Part shown: piece after piece, positions 11,527 to 24,050 of the stretch | Numbering within the stretch: the stretch's first letter is position 1 | Layout of the letters: each line of letters begins with the position of its first letter | NCBI GenBank assembly: GCA_964016885.1 | Contig: OZ024740.1 | Location: 262,694,001-262,758,000, forward strand | Length of the DNA stretch: 64,000 bases | From: Eledone cirrhosa | Taxonomy: Eukaryota | Direction of reading: 5' to 3' | Made by a program: the position numbers and the translations under genes | The notes under the pieces: model-generated | What the model saw: the letters and a program-made list of their open reading frames with translations, nothing else | What the model was told of the DNA's origin: nothing | Databases searched by the model: none

Positions 11527-14400
11527 ATTTCTTTATTAGCCACAAGGTCACAGAAGAAGGGGACAAATATAAATGGGGAGTTTACATACAGGTATATGAA
11601 AATAAAATTATTAATACAATAAAAAATAACAATTGAAATCCCCAATAGGGGGGGGGGGGTTACACAGAGGTTGTACACACCCCGAAAAAATGTACAACCC
11701 TCATCTCCTGGAGCACCAAGAGTGAGTACTCCCTTCCTCTCTTCCTATTTTTCCTCAACCTACAGGCTTATATAGTGAGAAGGCCCAACCACTCGGGCCA
11801 TCTTTGCCACATTCACCCACCTTTTATAAAATTTGCTGGGGTACAGCACCTCTCTCTCCATCCTGATTCTTCTTCCAAAATGGTATTTGAAAAAACGAAT
11901 CAGTTGCTCCGCAGAGAAAAAGGTGTCTGACCTCAGCCCTTTTAACCTCGTCCATCATACAACCTCTTTCACCATAGCCATAACACATAGGAAAACCGCC
12001 TTCCCTCGTTTTGAAGGAGGGTGGCGGTTTGATCATGACAATGAACTCGGTGGTTAACTGGATTGGTCCCATCCGCAACAATAGACGTTCTACATAGCCC
12101 CACAGGTCGGTAACGCCCGGGCAGTGTACAAATGCGTGTGCGACGGTTTCCTCGTCGCGCACGCATCTCGGACTGATCTTTTTCGAAGGGTCCATACCCG
12201 GGCGCCCGTGTCTGTAGAGCTTGTCTCGAACTGGTAGAGCTCCTCGGTAGCACTGCCAGGCCAGGGACTTTGGGAAGTTGTCCATTGGTCCCGGACGGAA
12301 GGTCCTACTGAACAGACTGGCCAGTTCGTCCTCCTCTGCGCCTAGAGTTTATCCGAGCGTGTCTTCGCACTTGCTGCGGACCAACCCTCTATAGAATGTC
12401 GAAGTGGAGTCTCCACTGATCGCCGGGTCCATTTGCCAGAGGACAGTGAGCGCCTGAGCATATTCGATATGCCAGTCGCCCATTTTCCTCGGTCTATGCT
12501 TAACCCAGGTCTGCAGCTCGGTCAGCGAGACGAGTCGTGGGAAGGCTCGCCTCACGAACAGCGCCCACACCGGTTGTCCGGTGAGGAATACGTGGAGGTG
12601 CCGCAGCCTGAGCTCATGTTTTCGCATCGTCAGCCACGGCAACCCCAGCCCTCCGTTTGAAGGTTTTGCAGCAGATGGATCTTCTCACCAAAGGAGCCCG
12701 TTTCTTCCATAGGAATTGGAAGAGCGCGCGCTCCATTTTGGTGAGCGTTTGGGCTGGACAAGGCACAACGGTCAAGCGGTAGTAGATGACGGACGCTATA
12801 AAAGTGTTCGCCAACTCCGCTCGACCTTTCAAGGATAGTTTGCACTCGGCCCGCTTCTGGGTGAGCGCAAACACCTAGGCCGTCACCTCGTTCCAGTTGT
12901 TCTCCACCTGGAGGTCAGTACCAAACCAGACCCGAGCAGCTTTACCGGTCCTTCCATCCAGCGTACGACGACATCATCGGAAGGCATCGGTTTGACGCTC
13001 CACGTTCCGAGTTGCAAACCGACGGATTTGTCCCGGTTCAGCTTCGCTCCTGTGAACATTTCGTATTCCTCCAGTAAGGTGCTGATCTCCCCGATTTGCG
13101 AGATGCTGGATACCATCACTGTAACGTCGTCGGCGTAGGCCGACGCCGCTTTTCGCAGTCCCGTTTCCAAACGGATGCCCTGCAATAGCTCCAACTTCCG
13201 CAGTAGAGGCTCGAGAGTCAGTACGTACAGAAGAGAGAAGAGAGGGCATCCCTGTCGGATGGATCGCGTGATATGGAACGGCTCCGAGCGGTAGCCATTC
13301 ACCTTGACCCTTGAGCAGATGTTGTTGTTGTACATTGCAGCAATCCAGCCCCTGAACACGGGACCGAAGCCTGCCGCCTCGAGCACCGCATCCAGGTAAT
13401 GATGGTCAACCCTATCGAAAGCCTTCGACTGATCCAAGTTGATCAGGGCCCCACCGAAGCCGGGTTTACAACCTAACCTCTCTATGATGTATCGCATGAG
13501 GTGTCTGCGCTTCTCCTACCATGTTTTCGACGACAGGCGCCAGCCTCTTTGCCAACACCTTGGCCAAAATCTGTAAATCTGTGTTGAGCAGAGTTATGGG
13601 CCGGAAGTTGCCTATGTCATACCCCTTGTTCTCATCCTTCCTGACTAATGTGGTTACGCCCTTGGTCACAGAACTGGGAATTCTCCCGTTCTGCTGCCAG
13701 TTGCAGTAGACCGCTTCCAGGAGACGGGAGAACAAGTCCGGTATTGCTACGTAAAATTCGTAGGGTAGACCGTCGAGACCTGGAGATTTGTATTTGCCGC
13801 ATTGGTTCAGCGCGTCCCCTATCTCAGCGCCCGAAATCGGCCTTTCACAGAACTTCGCCCGAACAGTTGAGCAAAGTGCCGCTGAAAGGCCGCGCACATT
13901 TCCTTCGGCTCACGTATCACGCGTCCGTATTGGTCCTTCAAAGACCGAATCGCGGACTTGTTGCCACTTTTCGCCTCCGTCACTCGGGCCCAGCTAACAG
14001 CCTTGGCTCCCTCGTTTCCCAGAGCACGTATTTTGCTTCTGACAACGCAGCCTTTCAGATTTGCGTCGAAGAACTGGTCCAATGCCGTTCTCGTCGCTAG
14101 CACGTTGGCTACGTTGCCACTCCTAAGTGCCTCTTCTACTTCATCTACCAGTTCCTTTTCGGTCTTATTTCTATCTAACACTAATTATTTACTAAAACCT
14201 ATCGAGTCTAATCTAACTGCCCTCTTGAGAGAGTACCACTATCTGTTGTTGACAATGGCCCCCGTCAAGTGCTGCTTAACTAAAGTGCTAACCCGTCTAC
14301 TGTAGGCTTTGCATGTCGGAAACAACAAGTTCAGCTTCCAGTAGCCCGGTCCCTGTCTAAGGGTTTTGTCAAGGTTGACTAAGCAGGTTACTAATTTGTA
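11527..14400 (-). mobile_element. Tx1/L1-clade LINE, 5'-truncated, ORF2 pseudogene
   Basis: GPGYWKLN, KSPGLDGLPYEFY, NFRPITLLNTD, LDQSKAFDRV, IRQGCPL, AYADDV, C-terminal Zn-knuckle relic (RC..DEETVAHAFVHC). 3' UTR ends AATAAAGAAATGTATCTATCTA. Confidence 0.92.
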
Positions 14401-14419
14401 TAGATAGATAGATAGATAG

Positions 14420-14497
<78 letters not shown>
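14401..14497. repeat. (GATA)n microsatellite
   Basis: Direct reading. It abuts the truncated 5' end of the minus-strand Tx1 element. Confidence 0.95.
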
Positions 14498-14619
14498 TCA
14501 AATCCAATATTTATCGTGAACTATTGCTTGGTTCTACACAGATATAGAAGCGGTTTTCTTGTTTCGTATTAATCTACCGTGACACTAAATGAAAAAATGA
14601 TAGTCCTTAGAGATTACAT

Positions 14620-17600
14620 TGACAGCAAGCCACCAAGTGCCCCATTGACATTATGGAATTATCACTCTGGAAACAGGGCCAGTTTTTAAATGATTTCCGG
14701 TCACACTGTATAGATGTGATAGCCATCACCGAGTCCAGGATTCACGACAAGCAGCAGCTAATCCCTATGTTCGATGATTTTGAGATTTACGCATCTCTCT
14801 GTCAGCCAGGAGGTGGAGGGTGAGTTGCTGTTCTGTTTCGAAAAAACCCGGATCTCAAAGTACAGACGATTCACTTAGACCCGGAAGGCCGCTTGGTGGT
14901 CCTGGACGTGAATGGTAGAGCTTTTAGACTGGTGCTCGAATATGCCCCGACAGGGTCATCACGACCACAGTTCTTCAAGCGTCTGGAGCCATTCCTAGGA
15001 ACGTCTCACTCTTTAGTCTTAGCGGGGACTGGAATGGCATCTTAGACGCACGTGGGACTGTAGGAGCTTGTGATAATAGAGAGGGGTGTAATAGCCTAAA
15101 ACATCTCATCAGCACAATTCCAACTGGCTGATAGATATCGACTTGATTTCCCAAGTACACCACTGTGGAAAAGAAGTAACTGCACTGGGTTTTCTAGATC
15201 GTATTTAGATGGATTTCTAAGTAGACAGAATGATAAGGAAACATTAAGCTGTCCACAAATGCACATGGTTGACTATTCAGACTACAAATTAGTCACCTGC
15301 ACAGCCAACCTTGATAAAACACATAGACAGGTACCTGGATACTGGAAGCTAAACATGTCGCTCCCGGAGCGTAAGGCCGACAGTAAACGGATTAACACCT
15401 AAGTTAAGAGCCAGTTGACGGGGGCCATCGTCAACAACAGGTGGTGGAATTCTCTCAAGAGAGCAATTTGAGTAGAACCGAAAGATTTTAGCAAGGAAGT
15501 AGCTTTAAAAAAATAACAAAACTGAGAAGGAACTGAGAAGGAACTGGTAGCTAAAGTAGAAAAGGCATTTAGGAATGGCAGTACAGCTGATGTGCTTGCG
15601 GCTAGAACGGCACTAGACTAGTTCTTCAACGTGAAATACGAAGTTTGTATTGTCAGAAGTAGAGCACGTGCTCTAAGAAACGAGGCAGCCAAAGCTCTTA
15701 GCTGGGCCCGAGTGGCAGAGGCGAAAGATGGCAACAAATCCACAATTCGGTCTTTGCAAGACAAAGATGGACGCATTCTATTTGAATCCAATCCAATGTG
15801 CACAGCCTTCCAGCAGCAGTTTACAAAACTGTTCGGGTAAAGCGGTACGTCGAGCGAGGTGATGGACTTCAGTTCCTACCTCGACGGCCTACCACGACAC
15901 TTGAGCACGGATGCAGAGAGCTGCGAAAGGCCGATCAAAACGGGCAAAATAGAAGATACACTAGGCCGCTGTGAGAAATGTAAATCAACCGGTTTAGATG
16001 GTCTACCTTATGAGTTTTACATAGGAATGCTAGCCTTGTTCTCTGGCGTCTTCGAAGCGGTGTACTGAAACTGGCAGCATAACGGGAGAATTCCCAGGTT
16101 TGTAGGCAGAGGCATAGTAACGCTGACAAGGAAAGATGAGAACAAGGAGGATGAAATAAGCAATTTCAGGCCCATAACTCTGCTCAACACAGACTTAAAG
16201 AGTTTTGCCAAGTTATTAGCAACGAGGCTAGCGCTTGTCGTCGTGAACCTGGAAGGGGAAGCGCAAACGTGTGCAATCCCGACCAGGTCCATACACGACA
16301 ACCTCCACCTGATGCGATACATATTAGAGAAGGTAGGGTGTAAACCTGGCTTCGGTGGGGCTCTGATCAATTTAGATCAGTCTAAGGTATTTGATAGGGT
16401 CGACCATCAATACTTGGAAGCGGTTCTCTAGGCGGCCAGCTTCGGTCCCGTCTTCAGTGGCTGGATCGCTGCCATGCACACCAGCATCTGCTCGGCAGTC
16501 AAGGTGAATGGCTAACTATAGGACCCATTCCAAATCATGCGTTCCATCCGACAGGGATGCCCTCTCTCCCCCATTCTCTATGTAATGACTCTCGAGCCAT
16601 TACTGCGGAAGTTGGAGCAGGGCATCCTGATCGAAACAGGACTGCGGAAAGCAGCGTCAGCCTTTACCGACGACGTAACCGTAATGGTGTCGAAAACGTC
16701 GGACATCGTGGTAATCGGCAACCTATTACAGGAATACGAAACGTTGACAGTAGCAAGACTAAACCCAAACAAGTCTGTCGGTTTGCAACTCGGCACATGA
16801 AGAGGCAAACCCATGCCTTCCGACAGTGTCGTTGGACGCTCGACGGAAGGACCGGTGAAATTTCTTGGGTTCTTGTTTGGTCCAGACCTCCAGGTGGACA
16901 AGAACTGGAACGAGGTCAGGGCGAAGGTGTTTGCACTCACCCAGAAGTGGGCTGAGTGCAAACTCTCCTTGAAAGGTTGAGCGGAGGTGGCCAACACTTA
17001 CATAGCGCCCGTCAACTACTACCGCTTGACAGTCGTGCCTTGTCCCCACGAACACCTCACTAAAATGAAACATCTACTCTTCCTCTGGAAGAAACAAGCT
17101 CCATTGGTGAGAAGATCCATTTGCTGCTAACGCCCTTCTAACGGAGAGCTGGGCATGCCGTGGCTGATGATGCGCAAACACACACTGAGGCTACTCCATC
17201 TCCAGGTATTCCTGACCGGTGAGCCAGTGAGGCTGTCTTTTGTGAGACGAGCTCTTCTACAACTCATCACGCTAACAGAGCTGCAGTCCTGGGTCAAGCG
17301 AAGACCGAAATGGGCGCTTGGCACCTCGAGTGCCTTCAGGCGCTCACAACCCTCTACCAAGCGGAAACGGTAATCAGCCGAGACACCACTTCGACATTCT
17401 ATAGGGTATTAGTGGAGGATAAGTGCGACGACGTTCTCGGGGAAACTCTAGGCATCGAGGAAGAGGAACTGACCAGTCTGTTCGGGAGGACTTTCCGTCC
17501 AGGGCATATGGATAACTTCCAGAGGTCTCTGGCCTGGCAGTGCTACCGAGGAGATCTACCAGTTTGAGACAAAATCTACAGGCACGGACGCCCTGGCAGA

Positions 17601-18273
17601 GATCCTGCCAAAAGGACCTGTCGAAGATATGAGCAGTACATCGAAACCGTCCTGCATGCAATTGTTCAGTGCCCAGGGGTGTCCGACCTGTGGAATTATG
17701 TCGACAGCTGCTTTCACGTGTGGGACGCATCCAGTTGTCAGCCGTGTCCACCGTGAGGATCACCACGCCGCCTTCATTTAAGAATGAAGGAGAGGCGGTT
17801 TTTCTCTGTCTGGTGGCTATGGCGAAAGAGGTAATATGGTGGACGAGGTTAAAAGGACTGAGGGCAAACACCTTACGCTTCGGACAACAACTCATCCCCT
17901 TCTTTAAGTACCACTTCAGAAGGAAGGTGACAGTGGAGAGAGAGGTGCTACACCCCAGTAAATTCGCTGAAAGGTGGGTGAATGTGGAGAAAATGGCCTG
18001 AGTGAATGGGCCTTCTCTGTATATAAACCTGTAGGTTGAAGAAGACATACAGAGGGAAGACGGATCACCTACAAAACGTGTTCCTAGTGTTGAGAGTTGT
18101 TCTTTCCACGGGATGTAAAACAACCCCGCAGTAACAATTGGGGATTTCGATTGTTTTATTTTGTATATATTTTATTGTTATCCATTATTATTGTTAAAGA
18201 TTGTTATGTAAAACACCGCCGTCATGTCTTGTAATGTCCCATTTTTGTACGCCCCTGTGGCAAATAAAGAAAT
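14620..18273 (+). mobile_element. Tx1/L1-clade LINE, near-complete ORF2 pseudogene (APE + RT + C-terminal domain)
   Basis: APE motifs (IDVIAITES, DPEGRLVVLDV, YAPTG, PGYWKLN) and RT motifs (GLDGLPYEFY, LDQSKVFDRV, IRQGCPLSP, AFTDDV). Many stops. 3' end AATAAAGAAATCTATCTATTTATCTA. Diverged paralog of 11527-14400. Confidence 0.92.
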
Positions 18274-18694
18274 CTATCTATTTATCTATTTATCTATCTG
18301 TCTGTCTGTCTGTCTGTCTGTATATCCATCTTCTTCTAGTAGAGGTGTAAAATGTTCAGTAGTCTACATGTCAATTAGATCGTGGCAATATTGTCTATGT
18401 GTTTTCATTTTAAGCATTCATTAATAATTCTGCAAAGGGACGGAAATAATTTAATTTTTCTTTCAGGAACACAGAAGGAAATACCAGAAATTAACACTAC
18501 ACACTCCTCACAAGGCTTCATATTTCTCGTCTCCTTTAAATATTATTTGTGGCTTAATTTAATACTATATCTGTATAATCATTACAAAACACAGCATCGG
18601 CAATCTAACACAATGCCCATTCTAATTATAACCTTTACACAAGATCACAGATTTCAAAATAGATAAATAGGTTGTTAATAAAGTATATGAGTAG

Positions 18695-18841
18695 GAGTAG
18701 ACATGGCTGCGTGGTAAATGTGATTCGCAATTACGACGTTTCTAGCTCATTCACATTGCGTTAGCAAATAACATCTATTACTTTTGGAGTAAACCAAATT
18801 ACCTGTGAGTGGAATTTGGAACACAGTAATTTTTCGGAAGA

Positions 18842-18845
<4 letters not shown>
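18695..18845 (+). mobile_element. Highly decayed tRNA-derived SINE head, followed by (CA)n
   Basis: A-box-like ATGGCTGCGTGGTAA and downstream TGTGAGTGGAATTTGG resemble a cephalopod SINE head as recalled. Heavily diverged. Confidence 0.4.
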
Positions 18846-18875
<30 letters not shown>

Positions 18876-19034
18876 TGTATATAGATTAGAGCACTGCAGT
18901 ATTTAGACAAAACAAGTAACGTACGAGATTTACGAAATTTAAAAAGTTATATAAAAATAGTAGAGCTAAACTCTTGACTGTGGCAGAATTACGGAAAGAG
19001 CTCTAGCAAATAAAAAAACAAAACAAGTCTAAAG

Positions 19035-19180
19035 TCGCAGGTTTACACTCACTGCTGCCACTCGGTACTCTCAACTGAATAAACTGGAGCAACATCAAAT
19101 GGAGTGTTTTGTTCACGAATCGATTCTATGACTTTATGATCATACGTCTAACGCTTTTACCACATGCCCACGCGCCTTCA
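19035..19180 (-). mobile_element. Decayed CORE-type tRNA SINE
   Basis: AACTGGAGCAAC...GAGTGTTTTGTTCACGA...CTAACGCTTTTACCAC is the antisense of a tRNA head plus a CORE-like block. Confidence 0.4.
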
Positions 19181-19620
19181 GAGGCAAATAGATATAATAC
19201 ATATAAATTCTATCATGATAAAATGAGAGAACTGTCACCAATTAAGATGTCTGTGTAGAAAGGCTAAAGCAACAATGTAGGAAATAGGAAAATGCAAAAT
19301 GACTAAAGAATAATATTAGGGAAGATGGAATATTATGATTAATGTTGAAATTATGAGACAGAAAGCATTCGTTTAAAGGTGAACATAGGGCTGCTCAATT
19401 CTCGATATAAAACTGAGAGGGAAATGTGGCAGAATTCACAATATGGTCATACGATAAACAGAAAAGAAATATTTCAGATATTGTGTTGATTGAGGTAACA
19501 AAGGGGCAACTAATATAAAATACTAAATTAAAGAAAAGGAAAATATTTCTACACATTTGATTTCTAATTGAATGTTCTTTTGTCAGACGATCTGTTGAAT
19601 GCGCCAATCCATTTTCCTCC

Positions 19621-21140
19621 AGCATGCTAATAAACATAAAAGTTTTTAATGTAGGCCAAAGGACAGCAATTTTGAAGTAAAGGGATATTCGATTAAATCA
19701 GCATGCCAATAAAAAATAATAGTTTTTAATGTAGGCCAAAGGACAGCAATTTTGAAGTAAAGGGATATTCGATTAAATCAGCATGCCAATAAAAAATAAT
19801 AGTTTTTAATGTAGGCCAAAGGACAGCAATTTTGAAGTAAAGGGATATTCGATTAAATCAGCATGCCAATAAAAAATAATAGTTTTTAATGTAGGCCAAA
19901 GGACAGCAATTTTGAAGTAAAGGGATATTCGATTAAATCAGCATGCCAATAAAAAATAATAGTTTTTAATGTAGGCCAAAGGACAGCAATTTTGAAGTAA
20001 AGGGATATTCGATTAAATCAGCATGCCAATAAAAAATAATAGTTTTTAATGTAGGCCAAAGGACACCAATTTTGAAGTAAAGGGGTATTCGATTAAATCA
20101 GCATGCCAATAAAAAATAATAGTTTTTAATGTAGGCCAAAGGACAGCAATTTTGAAGTAAAGGGATATTCGATTAAATCAGCATGCCAATAAAAAATAAT
20201 AGTTTTTAATGTAGGCCAAAGGACAGCAATTTTGAAGTAAAGGGATATTCGATTAAATCAGCATGCCAATAAAAAATAATAGTTTTTAATGTAGGCCAAA
20301 GGACAGCAATTTTGAAGTAAAGGGATATTCGATTAAATCAGCATGCCAATAAAAAATAATAGTTTTTAATGTAGGCCAAAGGACAGCAATTTTGAAGTAA
20401 AGGGATATTCGATTAAATCAGCATGCCAATAAAAAATAATAGTTTTTAATGTAGGCCAAAGGACAGCAATTTTGAAGTAAAGGGATATTCGATTAAATCA
20501 GCATGCCAATAAAAAATAATAGTTTTTAATGTAGGCCAAAGGACAGCAATTTTGAAGTAAAGGGATATTCGATTAAATCAGCATGCCAATAAAAAATAAT
20601 AGTTTTTAATGTAGGCCAAAGGACAGCAATTTTGAAGTAAAGGGATATTCGATTAAATCAGCATGCCAATAAAAAATAATAGTTTTTAATGTAGGCCAAA
20701 GGACAGCAATTTTGAAGTAAAGGGATATTCGATTAAATCAGCATGCCAATAAAAAATAATAGTTTTTAATGTAGGCCAAAGGACAGCAATTTTGAAGTAA
20801 AGGGATATTCGATTAAATCAGCATGCCAATAAAAAATAATAGTTTTTAATGTAGGCCAAAGGACAGCAATTTTGAAGTAAAGGGATATTCGATTAAATCA
20901 GCATGCCAATAAAAAATAATAGTTTTTAATGTAGGCCAAAGGACAGCAATTTTGAAGTAAAGGGATATTCGATTAAATCAGCATGCCAATAAAAAATAAT
21001 AGTTTTTAATGTAGGCCAAAGGACAGCAATTTTGAAGTAAAGGGATATTCGATTAAATCAGCATGCTAATAAAAATAATAGTTTTTAATGTAGGCCAAAG
21101 GACAGACATTTTGAAGTAAAGGGATATTTGAAGTAAATCA
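19621..21140. repeat. Tandem array of ~19 x 80-bp units derived from a SINE 3' end
   Basis: The unit agtttttaatgtaggccaaaggacagcaattttgaagtaaagggatattcgattaaatcagcatgccaataaaaaataat recurs at 19641, 19721 ... 21001, 21080. Units are nearly identical (two variants in the unit at 20041). Confidence 0.97.
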
Positions 21141-21285
21141 CCGCCATTTCCTAAATGGTCCTTTATTTTATCCAGCCTCAAATGATGCGAGTCAAGTTTA
21201 CTTTGGTGAGATTTGAATTTAGAACCTAAAGAGTCTGAACAATGATCACAAGCTATTTTGTTAGACGCTGTAACGATTCTTCTCC
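21080..21285 (-). mobile_element. Decayed SINE whose tail is the last array unit
   Basis: After the last unit the sequence continues ctttattttatccagcctcaaatgatgcgagtcaagtttactttggtgagatttgaatttagaac, colinear with the SINE at 889-1055. Confidence 0.65.
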
Positions 21286-21590
21286 TACGTGAAGCGTATA
21301 TGAATAGAAAAGAATCGCAGCATTAGTTACGCTGTGGGTTCGTTGATGGAGGCTGCAATTGGAACCAGGCATTAAGAAAGTAAGCTATACAGATTTGCTT
21401 GCTAACCTTTTCATCATCGAATTTAAACTCTAAAAGTAAAACTAGAATAACAACATTTACAACATCACCACTACCACTCTCATTGCTATCATCATAGCAA
21501 CAACAACAACAACAGCAACAACAATAGTGTGCATAATTACAATGGCGTCGATGATTCCAGACAGAGAAGCGGTGCCTTATATATGTATAC

Positions 21591-21659
<69 letters not shown>

Positions 21660-21727
21660 TAAGGTAATGAATTCTTTTACAATGGAATCAGCTCGAATGA
21701 GGAAAAAATATATCCCATGAGCAGTGT

Positions 21728-21799
21728 ATAAATTAATATGTATGTGATATACACGGATGTGTTGGTATCTGTGTTTTATCACATACATATTAATTTATA
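21728..21799. repeat. Short inverted repeat between TA tracts
   Basis: ataaattaatatgtatgtgata ... tatcacatacatattaatttat, with partly paired interior. Confidence 0.85.
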
Positions 21800-21814
21800 T
21801 ATATATATATTTAT

Positions 21815-21910
<96 letters not shown>

Positions 21911-22226
21911 GATTTACTGATTAATTGGTGAAATGTATTTTTTATTTAAAGAAATATATACAAAGGAGATTAATCATTTTAAAAGGTATCTATATTTGAA
22001 GTTCTAGTTAAACTTTAATTAGTTACCTACCTAGCTATGTGTGCTTACACACTTTACAAATTATCCCCTGTGATTGTTTCATATGTTTATCTTATCTTAT
22101 ATATGTCAATCTATTTCTAGTTGTTATAAAATGCTCGGATCTATTCATTGGAATATTTGAGCTTATTCTGCAGTGGATATGGCTCATGTCTCTCAGATAT
22201 GACAACCCTTAATTTAATTTTTGCTA

Positions 22227-22265
<39 letters not shown>

Positions 22266-22329
22266 AAGCAAATTATAAACGTAAACATGTAAGTATGTTT
22301 TTGAAACGGTGCGCGAGTTTGAAATTAGA

Positions 22330-22487
22330 AATTAGAAATTATAAGCTTTCACCGTATAAAAAGATGAGTGTTGCCGTACATGTACGGCAACACCATCTTT
22401 TTCCATTTCTCCGAGGGTTATAAACCCCACTATCAGGCTAGAAATTTCTTTAGTCTAAAATACGGTGAAAGCTTATAATTTCTAATT
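22330..22487. mobile_element. Nested fold-back element (family shared with 57.7/59.7/61.6 kb)
   Basis: Perfect 28-bp outer inverted repeat (22330-22357 / 22460-22487) and inner hairpin aaaagatg-gtgttgccgtac-at-gtacggcaacac-catctttt. The segment gagggttataaaccccactatcaggcta matches 57830-57857. Confidence 0.7.
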
Positions 22488-22510
22488 TTTAATATATATA
22501 TATATATATA

Positions 22511-22698
22511 TAGGAACCAGTAAGACCCCGACAGCTGAGCTCAAGCCGTTTCGACGGCTAATTCTGCGAATTAGCCGTCGAAACGGCTTGAGCTCAGCTC
22601 TCGGGGTCTTACTGGTTCCTATTACCCACTCTACTACCTCAAGTATTGAGTACTTTGGTGCGTTATGGTCCACCTGGTTCCTTACCACATTTCCTTCG

Positions 22699-22700
<2 letters not shown>
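22511..22700 (+). mobile_element. Miniature fold-back element: 54-bp inverted arms built from a hammerhead 3' half, plus tail
   Basis: Arms 22511-22564 / 22568-22621 with one mismatch. The arm reads GTC-GAAACGGC-ttgagctca-GCTGTC-GGGGTC. An unpaired ~80-bp tail follows. (TA)n on both sides. Confidence 0.75.
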
Positions 22701-22737
<37 letters not shown>

Positions 22738-22749
22738 TATATATATATA

Positions 22750-23600
22750 ACATCATCGCCATATTCTCCTGCTCGAAATTTATTTCACATTGAAATCTAC
22801 CCGCTGTACCCTTGAGTTTTATCATCCACACACACACCAACATCCATATAGAAACATAGACACACAGAGTCACTTGCATCATTTCCGCACACATGTAACG
22901 ATGCACCTTACACGAACCCACACACATACACACATACAACGCATCCCCTTCTTTTAACCTCCCACAAACATCCAATCACATGTCACCCCACACAGCCTCC
23001 GGATTTGACTCGTTTTCATCTCATTCCCCCCCCCCCTCCATCCACGCACACTCACACACACATCTGCACCCATACAGGACTATACACGCACAGGCATATA
23101 CTCCACCCCAACGCACATACAATGTCTTTTAAAAACCCACATTCACATACACTCCCTTCCTTCCAGATTTTCACACTTACATCCACACCTAGACACACAC
23201 ACCTTACCTACCACCATCCCCGCCAGGACTCTGATTTTCTTGCTCCCCTCGCCATTCTCTCACACCTCTCTCCCTCCACCCACGCCTACACACACTACCA
23301 CACCCTTTCTATCCCAGACCTTCACACTCCTCCCAACCCTTCATTTTCACTTTTTTAAAATTCTGTTTTTATTTATTTTAATTTTTTTCTCCATTTTTCC
23401 CGTCCTTTCGTGTTCTTACTGTTAACTTCCCTCCTTACTACCCCCCCTCACTCCCTCTCGGAGTTCTTCTCTACTTTCCTGATAAAGGACTTATGTCTGA
23501 AACGTCAAAACCTCCCCACTCTCCCCAAGCCTGAAGCTAATACAACTATGTACCATTGACTCCTGCGTTTGGGTCAATTGTATATGTATAAATATAGATG
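22750..23600 (+). mobile_element. Probable decayed PLE 3' end with HHR relic at 23475-23510
   Basis: TTTC-CTGATAA-AGGACttatGTCT-GAAACGTC-AAAA (G8 mutated) after a long C/A-rich UTR-like tract. Weak GIY-YIG C-terminal relic (F.TLKS) near 22780. Confidence 0.45.
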
Positions 23601-23966
23601 AATAAATATACACTGGTACAATAACAACAACCACATATAAACACACACTAGTGAACAAAGATAGAATACAAACACACACACCAAGCAGAAAACAGACACG
23701 CAAACAGAGACATGAATAAATAAATAAATAAAAATGGTGTGGATTATTAGAATAGAACGGGAGGAAACATAATAGTACCACTGATGATGTCACATGTGTG
23801 TGATGAAAGACCTTTGAGAGACTATATATATATATTTATATCTATATTTTTAACCGTTGGTCAATCAATGAAAAACATTGATTGCCAGATAAATTAACTA
23901 TAGAGATATAAAAAGTACAGAAGCGAAAAGCAATCCAAACCAAACAGTGAGTGTGTTTTATTATCC

Positions 23967-24008
23967 TTTCTGGCAATATTATAACAATATTGTTATAATA
24001 TTGCCAGA

Positions 24009-24010
<2 letters not shown>
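23967..24010. repeat. Perfect 44-bp palindrome
   Basis: tttctggcaatattataacaat|attgttataatattgccagaaa, no spacer. Confidence 0.95.

Positions 24011-24049
<39 letters not shown>

Positions 24050-24050
<1 letters not shown>

Noticed and set aside
11527-18273. The two Tx1 copies as one twin-primed inversion or a recent palindrome
   Set aside because: They overlap in content, each has its own 3' end, and they are substantially diverged, so they are independent insertions.
19621-21140. 80-bp array as a CRISPR array
   Set aside because: Units are identical end to end with no unique spacers, there are no cas genes, the context is eukaryotic, and the unit derives from a SINE tail.
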